Shown here: piece after piece, positions 53,301-61,180 of the stretch | How positions within the stretch are numbered: the first letter of the stretch is position 1 | How the letters are laid out: each line of letters opens with the position of its first letter | Assembly (NCBI GenBank): GCA_002811645.1 | Contig: PDIP01000017.1 | Coordinates: forward strand, 186,001-250,000 | Length of the DNA stretch: 64,000 bases | Source of the DNA: Corallochytrium limacisporum Hawaii | Taxonomy: Eukaryota; Protista; Pluriformea | Direction: 5' to 3' | Position numbers and translations under genes: made by a program | The notes under the pieces: model-generated | The model's input: only the letters and a program-made list of their open reading frames with translations | The model's database searches: none | Told to the model about the DNA's origin: nothing

Positions 53301-53772
53301 AACATTCTACACAGAGACTCCCCTGGATGATGACAACCATGTCATCCACGGCTATGCTTGGCAGACGAGGCCTTGGCGTGCACCGGATCACAGGCACACG
53401 GTCTCGAACACAAACATTGCGACTACGGCACGTACCCCCAGCCTTGGCAGTGGTGCAGCATCTGTGAACAGCGACATACCTCCAAATGAAAGAGTTCGCC
53501 GCCTTGACGCGGACATTGCCTCCTTGCGTAAGAGCATCGATCTGCAGCGCGTGCGAGAGAATCTGCATCGCGAGAAGCAGGCCAAGCTCGGCTTCTTGCA
53601 ACGTAAAGAGAAAAGGCAACTGCAGGCAATCATCGATGAAGCCTGCGAAATGCAATTGCAGTACAGGAATCGCATTGCCAGCATGGAGAAAGAGAAGTAT
53701 CGCCTGACTGCGGGTAACCGCGGACAGGGAAGTTCAATGCAGGACATGACCAATTTCCGCCCGTTCCAGTAA
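50332..53772 (+). CDS. Degenerate myosin-motor-like domain + YGN tyrosine repeats + SH2 domain + coiled coil (putative phosphotyrosine adaptor)
   Basis: aa ~60-625 follow the myosin head segment order but lack the catalytic motifs. Six YGN motifs lie at aa 664-795. SH2-like segment MERGEAERVL...GICLIRSK...YPLSYK...VRHFIV...FRALGDLLTFY at ~53075-53370. C-terminal heptads. Confidence 0.75.
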   Translation: MPEIWNGFYMTGKPSKKDLQTMLDNVRKSATLGTHSLEVFPEGIDVEEVALDSETVRNALQHITNLSNKFNKSHAVLFRGYPSRVRSRAFGDFMRNCVTSHYQSKNRGFGDKLNSAITFLEHLSGIDSDKILTTYASWRLYLEENEAGAGTEILHGAQFYFAVVSGSLFSYTSGIIPDILWAFLYGCQDRGIRSAFQLDLLCEPDPEKKQAGIEVWGSFLDLAQQLGIDEQIMVRTQRIFAVILHTLFLEFDADDHGNAVVMGHMDVLSRLMDVNPSDLNRALTRVEIDLGDVVENEPMKLDVAMQNQLQFVQILFHAMYFVLVEEVNQSLATDMSQSVDYHTVDIINCREAQLENEFGGWNDAAGEVLSVFLQNYVIENLDEMSAGIPDREVLRARDAARFWYNTPDSVLRITGECFERHMFSQKAFSQTFREANDDKEYDSMVFSMNGTHLDVSRDGHLRKYETKEFIKDNQMFDLEKAKGALLKVARHPELLWIPQTFTCEFGLISNLEPANDRGMSARAESSAGNLMRLMAAIKLHHRSFDPAIFYFFRRGTVPLDIQARHLGVDLAIYCEHNVKVEISTEYLSKMIGDQAAVKAVFKQIGIRYEPSGYGVLIPPIALRMIEARKPAPKMAPSVKPTAAEENGKYTEKEGSALPEAQATYGNLETGVANLSVKDAPGQDGNVYGNMDIINNGSPKAVTHAAPVQSGAGPVYGNIDDTRGGAPSEPASGQAPSPPSGPVYGNVDPAKAAVAAAAVAAGSCSRLTQNVQPVYGNMGQVQKPGPLQANQNGPMYGNLDSPAAGSAAGAGNHGRGSMHDTYMTPDEIDRNTPPEIGIQPVVQTPPEEHRKRPSENSTVSGGTHRPRMPTLRLTMRSNASGEASSHSSSPRIGRRHMSVSSAASGRPDFGSFDIRQIYPNMERGEAERVLAEYPNGICLIRSKPGQDRKYPLSYKLSEGVVRHFIVHRDPRSDTPWYMHETAQFRALGDLLTFYTETPLDDDNHVIHGYAWQTRPWRAPDHRHTVSNTNIATTARTPSLGSGAASVNSDIPPNERVRRLDADIASLRKSIDLQRVRENLHREKQAKLGFLQRKEKRQLQAIIDEACEMQLQYRNRIASMEKEKYRLTAGNRGQGSSMQDMTNFRPFQ

Positions 53773-53883
53773 TTTGCACACATGAGTTGAGAAAAGTGAG
53801 GGACACTTGCTTTAAAGAATTAGAAATCCTACACTTTATTCTAACAAAGGTATGTTATTGAGCTGACTTAGTTTTCTTGTCAC

Positions 53884-56800
53884 TCAAGGACGGTAGCACA
53901 TCTGTGGCTGCAAGGTATGCGGCTCATTGAGCTTGCGGTAGGCAAGGTGCACCCAACGGCATGCAAGTGGCCTCGTGTACCTGGGATCGATAACTTCTTC
54001 CACGTTGAACGCAGCGGCAGCCCGCAGCGGGTTGCGGACAGGTTCGAATTGTTCCAACAGGGCATCCTTAACAGCCTTGGGATCCTCTGCGGCTTTCAGT
54101 TTCGCTTTGTATGCAGCCTCAATGCCACCTTCAAGGGGGAGGGACCCCCAGTCACCGGACGGCCAGGCCACACGGTAGTTTGGATCACCCCGATCAATGA
54201 ATGCTGCCCCAGCTACACCGAATGCACGCCGGACAATGGTTGTGAAGAAGGGTACGGTTGCCGTGTACAGTGATGCCATTGTTGTGGCGCCTTCACGAAT
54301 GACACCGCTGACCTCAGCCTCAAGGCCCACCGCAAATCCTGGCTGGTCCACAAGGTTCAAAATCGGTAAATGGAAAGTCTGACACAGGTCCACATGGCGC
54401 CTGACCTTCCGTGCAGCATTAGAGTCGAGCGCACCTCCCAAATGCTCCGGATTCTGTGCCAAAACGCCCACAGAGTACCCATCGAGTCGAGCCAAGCCCA
54501 CTATCATACTGCTTCCCCATTCCTTGCCAATTTCGAAGAATGATTCACGATCAACAACGGAATCGATAATCTTCCTCATGTCGAATGGCGAGCCACGTGT
54601 CTTTGGCACAATAGAAGCCAAGCCATCATCCGTGCGTTTCGGATCGTCTTTCTGCGCATCAGCAAGATTTCGTGGCGCTAATTCGTAGGCATTCGTCGGC
54701 AAATAGCTGAGGAATTTCCGCACATGCTTAAACGCTTCTTCCTCGCTTTCAACTACCTGGTCTACAGATCCGTTGGTACCAGAGATGCTCCAGCCACCCA
54801 GTTGCTCCTTGGTAAGGCTCTGATGGGTTGCGTACTCTACCACAGGCGGACCAGCCACAAACAGCTGGCTCAAACCGCGCACCATGACACTAAAATGAGT
54901 CATCATCGCCCGGGCAGCGCCTAGTCCAACCACAGGGCCGAGGAGTAGACCACACACGGGGGCGACGTTGAGGATGTCCACTTGCGCCCTCCAGCCCACC
55001 AGTGGCGGTGCGTAGGAATAACCTGCATCCAGCATGGTAGTAACTGATCCACCTCCCGAACTGCCGTCAAGCAAGCGTACCATGGGAATGCGGAAGTCCA
55101 GAGCCAACTTCTCCATTTGAACCTGCTTCAACCAGATAGCACCGTCGGCATGGCCGCCGCGTATGGTAAAGTCATCTGCACCAACCATGACCTCTCGGCC
55201 ATGGATTCTACCCTGTCCGCCAATGTAGTTAGCAGGGTGTGATTCGATCTCGTCTCGGCCCATATTGGCATACACTGTCTTGCCGGCAATGCTACCGATC
55301 TCGTAAAATGAGCCCTTGTCGAGGAGCAAGGCAATTCGGCTGCGGGGATCCAGTTTACCAGCGCTATGCTGGCGCTGCAGACCCTTCTCACCGCCCATTT
55401 CGAGGGCACGTGCGCGGCGGCGATGAAGTTCATCGATGGCATCTTTCCATAAGTTGTCTGCGCTCGGGGCAATTTCTGGATGCTCATAGCTTTCCTTGAT
55501 GTGGTCGTACAGAACTTGCAGTCGTTTGTTGGCTTGGGATGCTGACGTGTCAGGCTCCAAAATTAGAATTGGTTCGCCCTTTTTCACTAGCGACCCAGCA
55601 GATATCACGACCGAAGCTACCCTACCCTCCTCCATTGCACGGATGCTGTGCTCCATTTTCATGACATTGATGTTGCCAACAACAGTAGAGCGGGACACCG
55701 ATTCTCCCTTCTTAACATTGAGCTGACTAAGCATGCCACTCATCGGTGCTCGCACAGCAAGTGCACCATCAGCAGCAGCTCCTTGATCTTGTAAGGCAGA
55801 TGGATCAGAACCACCGACAATCTCCTCCAGCAGGGTCAAGCGTCCATCGTTGGTGAGTACAGCACGTCGCTGTGATAGAGCTTCTCCAGGAGCCTCTGGC
55901 TGTCGGGGCGCCAGCTGCGGTCGGATGGATCGGTCAAAATGCTCGTAGATGCGCTCGCCATCTGTTGTGGTCACAGTGTCCTGCACTACTGTTGGGTCTT
56001 GGAGAACTGCGAGGATCATGTCACGGTTTGTGGAGATCGGACCCACGTGAAGTTCACGCAGAGCTGCAGCCATCCGTTGCAGACCATCTGCCCGTGTACT
56101 TCCTCGGCAAATGACCTTCAAGAGCAGTCGATCATAGAATGGAGGCACTTCCTGGCCAAGCACTACACCAGAGTCGATGCGAGTAAAGGGTCTCAATGGG
56201 TAGTGAAGGCGGTTGATTCCAAGGCTCTCCGTATGACTCTCCATGTTGATTCGGGCCTGAACAGCCATGGTGCCACGATCTGGTGTTTTAACATCATGTA
56301 GGCCCAATTCCCGCAGAGTCGCACCTTGACCGATAAGCAACTGATTTTGCACAATATCAACTCCAGAGAATTCTTCAGTTACTGTATGCTCCACCTGGAC
56401 GCGTGGATTGACTTCAAGGAAGTAGTATTCTCCACTAGTTACATCAACCAGAAATTCTACAGTTCCAGCGGATCGATAATCTGCTGCCCTTGCGATTGCG
56501 ATGGCAGACTCCCAGAGCTTCTCACGGATCTTCAAAGGTACACCATCGGCGGGAGCAAACTCCAGAAATTTTTGACGCTGAAGCTGCAAACTGCAGTCCC
56601 GATCCCATAAATGAATCACATCACCTGTTTGATCCGCAAGCACCTGAACTTCGACATGTTTTGCCCGTGCGATATACTGTTCAACAAAAACACTAGGATC
56701 CCCACTGCTGGCCACACCTTCCGCTGAACACTTCTGGAACACGGGCTCAAGTGCATCAGAGCTTTCCACGACTCCAATACCTTTGCCACCTCCACCGTTC

Positions 56801-57324
56801 ACCGCTTTCAACAAGAATGGATAGCTGACTACTCCTGATGCCTCCTGTACGATGGACTGCAGTTCTGGGAACGTCCTTGCGCTCTGCCCGCTGGCCCAAG
56901 GAACGGGGATCCCCAGAGTTTGTGCAACGGCCTTGGCCTGCAACTTGTCACCCAGCATGGACAAGGTCCGGGCCTCCGGTCCAATAAAGACGACTCCAGC
57001 ATCTAGACATGCTTGTGCCAACTTAGGGTCCTCGCTGAGGAATCCGTATCCTGGGTGGAGCGCATCTGCACCCGCTTGCTTGACTATGCTCATGATGCCT
57101 TGAAGGTTCAAATATGCAGAGCTCGGATGAGGCATGGTTTGACCAGGGGGTGGCGGTGGTGTTGGAAGCTCAAAGCTTTGCGTTGCTTCATACCTGTGCG
57201 GTGATTGACTGTCCTCTTTACCGTAGACTGCTATGGTACGAATGCCCAGTTCTTGAGCTGCGCGAATAATCCGAAGGGCAATCTCCCCTCGATTTGCGAC
57301 TAGCAGTTTCGTGATCTTTGGCAT
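53884..57324 (-). CDS. Single-chain biotin-dependent acyl-CoA carboxylase (BC-BCCP-CT), long-chain acyl-CoA carboxylase-like architecture
   Basis: BC motifs ANRGEIA, HPGYGFLSE, GGGGKG, RDCS, EVNPRVQVEH; BCCP APMSG...VMKME; CT motifs DDFTIRGG, LFVAGPPVV, VDQPGF, RRAFGVAG, EEVIDPRYTR. Confidence 0.9.
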   Translation of the reverse strand: MPKITKLLVANRGEIALRIIRAAQELGIRTIAVYGKEDSQSPHRYEATQSFELPTPPPPPGQTMPHPSSAYLNLQGIMSIVKQAGADALHPGYGFLSEDPKLAQACLDAGVVFIGPEARTLSMLGDKLQAKAVAQTLGIPVPWASGQSARTFPELQSIVQEASGVVSYPFLLKAVNGGGGKGIGVVESSDALEPVFQKCSAEGVASSGDPSVFVEQYIARAKHVEVQVLADQTGDVIHLWDRDCSLQLQRQKFLEFAPADGVPLKIREKLWESAIAIARAADYRSAGTVEFLVDVTSGEYYFLEVNPRVQVEHTVTEEFSGVDIVQNQLLIGQGATLRELGLHDVKTPDRGTMAVQARINMESHTESLGINRLHYPLRPFTRIDSGVVLGQEVPPFYDRLLLKVICRGSTRADGLQRMAAALRELHVGPISTNRDMILAVLQDPTVVQDTVTTTDGERIYEHFDRSIRPQLAPRQPEAPGEALSQRRAVLTNDGRLTLLEEIVGGSDPSALQDQGAAADGALAVRAPMSGMLSQLNVKKGESVSRSTVVGNINVMKMEHSIRAMEEGRVASVVISAGSLVKKGEPILILEPDTSASQANKRLQVLYDHIKESYEHPEIAPSADNLWKDAIDELHRRRARALEMGGEKGLQRQHSAGKLDPRSRIALLLDKGSFYEIGSIAGKTVYANMGRDEIESHPANYIGGQGRIHGREVMVGADDFTIRGGHADGAIWLKQVQMEKLALDFRIPMVRLLDGSSGGGSVTTMLDAGYSYAPPLVGWRAQVDILNVAPVCGLLLGPVVGLGAARAMMTHFSVMVRGLSQLFVAGPPVVEYATHQSLTKEQLGGWSISGTNGSVDQVVESEEEAFKHVRKFLSYLPTNAYELAPRNLADAQKDDPKRTDDGLASIVPKTRGSPFDMRKIIDSVVDRESFFEIGKEWGSSMIVGLARLDGYSVGVLAQNPEHLGGALDSNAARKVRRHVDLCQTFHLPILNLVDQPGFAVGLEAEVSGVIREGATTMASLYTATVPFFTTIVRRAFGVAGAAFIDRGDPNYRVAWPSGDWGSLPLEGGIEAAYKAKLKAAEDPKAVKDALLEQFEPVRNPLRAAAAFNVEEVIDPRYTRPLACRWVHLAYRKLNEPHTLQPQMCYRP

Positions 57325-57701
57325 TGTTCAGCCGTTTAGCGCACTATTGACTTCCCAAACCAATATTTCACAAATTGTAGGCTCTTCGTGTAGAAATGAG
57401 TCTGAGATACCTGTCCGACCGCAACATCAGATCTTTCTCGAGGCCGTGCGCAGCACACCCGGGGAGGAGGGGGCTCTGCAGATCCTCAGCTGACCCACAC
57501 ACACTACCGAACACAGCAGAGTGCGTAGTTTGATTTTATTCTTAGTATACCACTGGACCGCTTTCGACACCACACTGGTGCGGGATCTATAAATAGGAGA
57601 GGGGCTGCGCTCCAGGCCGACTCTTTTCACTTTAGAAAATATTGATCTTAGAGTATATGATTGATTTTAGTTTTTGGAGATTATATTGATATGCAATGCA
57701 G

Positions 57702-57914
57702 CTGTATACGAAAGTAGAAGGCATCCACAGAGATGTGTTAGTTTGAAGGTCTCGTGCCCAAGGTGTGTACACAAATGAGAAAATGGTGGTTTTACGTCAG
57801 GTTGGTTGCTCCTGGAGCATTTTCGTCAACGTCTTTGACTATCGAAGACCGTCGTGATTGGTATCATCATTCTGGTAACCACTATCAGATCCCAAGAAAA
57901 TTACAAAAACTTAC
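57702..57914 (-). other. Probable 3'-UTR intron (213 nt) of the uL14m gene
   Basis: GTAAGT at 57914 (10 nt after the TGA), AACTAAC at 57743-57737, pyrimidine-rich tract and ATACAG ending at 57702; same signal spacing as the three coding introns. Confidence 0.6.
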
Positions 57915-57924
57915 CATTGCAATG

Positions 57925-58242
57925 TCACTTGTACTCGTAGTATGGGCGTTGCATCAGTCGGGTTCCGATGACCTTTTCGTCTCCACGACGCATTAAGATG
58001 CAGGCCGCACCATCGTCGGCTCTCCGTCCCATACCAGTCCGGGTGAGCGTGTGTGTTTTTGTCCGGATGACTCGCGCTAACGTGACATCGCTGCGCTTTA
58101 CCCTAGCTTTTGTCACATTTGGGTTGTCCTGTTTGATAACGACTGTGGTGATCTCGCCCAGTTTCACACCACGCTCTCTGATGCACTTGGCCAGCCTGCC
58201 GCCAGAATTATCGGCGACGCGCATAACCTGTCCGAATGTCAT
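57925..58242 (-). CDS. MRPL14: Mitochondrial ribosomal protein uL14m (bacterial-type L14), divergent
   Basis: MRVADNSG..AKCIR, G...VVIK, A.VIRTK...R..G...D..A..L, GTRL; the C-terminus looks shorter than usual. Confidence 0.8.
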   Translation of the reverse strand: MTFGQVMRVADNSGGRLAKCIRERGVKLGEITTVVIKQDNPNVTKARVKRSDVTLARVIRTKTHTLTRTGMGRRADDGAACILMRRGDEKVIGTRLMQRPYYEYK

Positions 58243-61180
58243 GGTTGACCTTTGCGAGTTTCTCGTAAGTGTTAGTTCCCAACGAATTTCACATACAGGA
58301 CTCGTCTACTCCTTCGAACAATACACACTGTGTCTTCCTGTATGTTCTATTCGCTTTTCTATGAATTCATCTTATGACCTTGGATTTTTCGAATTCGTAT
58401 GTAGCATCACATGCGATCTCTCTCGAATACCCATGCAGCGGCGCTCTGGTGAAACCTGCGCGCTCCCCGTGTTGGCCAGTGTGGCTCATCCCCCTTCCCC
58501 TCATGGGGCCGGGGGGGGGGGCAAACAAATGAATGGAGTGGCTGTAGTGGCTTGTTCGCGATAAAACTGAATACCTTGTTAAATGCATTGAATTGGGCGA
58601 CAAGTCTGAAACTACGAATAGCACAGTGTTCACGTACAGGCGGAGCCCGTTCACCAGGGCCATCGCTGTTGAACATGGCCTGCTCAAATTGTCCATCGGT
58701 ACATGACTGCAATAACATTCATCAAACACTGCGACATCGTCCAGAGACAAGCATGAAGTGTTCCGTTTGTGATTGGAATATTCCTGCTGATGCTAGCATG
58801 AGTTCGCAGGAGGATTCTCATGCCTCGAATGATTTGACGCACATTCAGGTTTGTTTCATTCGTGGACTCTGTGCATGCCGTTGAGCGATCACAGTCTCTC
58901 AGCAAGCCCATCTGTATTACGTAGAATAGGGTAGCAAAAGAAGACGGATGAAGATGACAAAGTCCAAAGGAACAAACACCACACGCAACCAAAATCGGGA
59001 GGACCTCGAAGGCAGCACAGCGGCTTCAATCTCAAGGGCCAGGTAGAGGTGTAATTTGCTGCGTTAAGCACTTCCATGGTTGCTTCGTTTCAATCAGTTT
59101 GGAACCATGATGAAACCTGCCTGCCTGTACCGACTTGGGATATCTTCTGTTCGACGTCAAATGTGCGATGTGTCAGTGTCCACGGTAGTACACCGACCAA
59201 TGGCAGAAAGGAGGCTTTTTTTGGGCCCTGAACTGAAATAATCGTATTCCCTGCTTGCTGCTTGCTGCACATAGGTCAGGTAGTGTGCCATGTCCTTTGG
59301 ATGGATTGTGTAGTGCAGAGAGCTGATATCACCAGCGTCTGGCTCTGCCTGACGAAGAAGACGTGGAGCATCGGGCTTCTAGTCCAGTCCGGGAGGAGAT
59401 GGTAACGGATGCCTACAAGATACAATCTACTACTGCCCACGGTGCGATGTATTTGGTGTAGGCGGTGGCTCTTAGGCACTTTGAGCGCAAACTGGGAGGC
59501 CCATTTTTTAGGATCGTCTCCGCGCCCACCCTACTCGAATTGGGGAGGGGAAATAGAGGGCGCTGATTGGCCCAATTTTGCAACACCGTCCCGGAGGGGG
59601 GGCTGACCCGGTGTAGGTGCAAAGATGCACAGTCATGCACACCAGCCATTCCTAATATTTTCCATTGGAAAGGGATTCAGATCGCAAGTGGGCGCAGGGA
59701 GAGCTATCTGTTGATGCCATCGTGAGAATATGAAGGGTAGAATTAACTGCCGGAAAGGCTGCTCATGCTGGCAGCCATGGCTAGGGATCGGTACAGAAAT
59801 ACGGAATGGACAGTAGTGTGAACAGGGAGTCGTACCTGAACGTCTCCAAAGCAGCGAGCGAACCCGTTCTATGGGAAGCATACCCACATTTGCAAGGCAG
59901 CTTTCTCTCAGCGCCTGGGAGATCGAAATTCTTCTTTAATGTTATCGAGCACTCCAGCAGGCAATTGTATGCCATCTCCCTTCACGAGTATAAAGTACGT
60001 CAACTATAGCAAGTATAAGGTATATTTCCTTCACTGCAACTCCACCTTGCATTTTGCAACCGTGTGACGTGGACTGGCGCCTCTAGCCAGTCATCCCAAG
60101 ACTCCTACTGAGCCCTTAGATATCCTTGCACATCCGATGAAGGAAACAAAAGCAGGGATCGTAGGAACCTGGTAATTATCTCCGAGACCGTGAATTCATG
60201 CCCCAACAGAATAGCATACACAAAGCGATGGGATTTGTCCATGTCAAATGCACTTTGGTCCTTCGGACCCGGTTGATGAGTGAAGCAGCCCAGTTACACC
60301 TCTAACTCCTCCCAGGGAGGGCCAAAGCGTTGCTGCGGCAATGGACAATAGCCGACGGACATAGACCGAAGAAGGGTGTGTAAGGGGTGGGCAAGAATCG
60401 ATGGGGGAAATAATTCATGAATGGCGCCGGCTCTCTCAATCTCTCCATCGAGCGGACAACTAAGAACCCCCGTCTTCGCATTTTCTACCGCCTGGGGCTC
60501 GTAGGGACGCAAAAGGGGTGCACTCGTCCCGTATTTCGTTGCTTCACTCTGTATAGAAAAGTGAAGAGTGTGACGATAGCCAAGAGAGGAAAGAGAGACC
60601 CTCCGAGGGGGGAAGGGCGCCACGGAGTGAGAGTGTAAGACAAAACTGGTCGTGCCCGTAGCTCGCCTGGTCCACAGCAACCGCTTTCTGGACAAAGTGA
60701 TTTCTTCGTGGACAGCAGGGCAATACATTTGATACTTACAACGAGAGTTTAAAGGCTTCGGTGAGGACCCCTGGCCAAGATCCCCGTCATTGTCTCGTTC
60801 AGCCATTGAGCAGACGGGGTCTCTGCCAGGGAAGAGTGATCTACGAGCTGCTACCGGTCGACTAAATGACAACCATTCATATGTGGCTGGAGACATTGAT
60901 GCTAGAAAGTCTGTGCACTCCCTTGGCACGAATCATAGATATGGGTGTAGAGACAATGGTCAGTCACCTCGGAAATCCCATGTAGTCTACCTTCGCAGGG
61001 GTATTTGCGATCGTAGAACTCTAGGCAAACCCTGTCACCATCAGGGAAAAACGCGAACTCTGGCTTTGTGTAGCCAAGCCAGCAAAGTGTAAAGTGTGTG
61101 TAAGTGTGTGAACAAGTCGTAAAGAATAGGAGAAAGCGAGAGTACACCTCTCCTGACAGATCTGGGAAGTCAACAGAATT

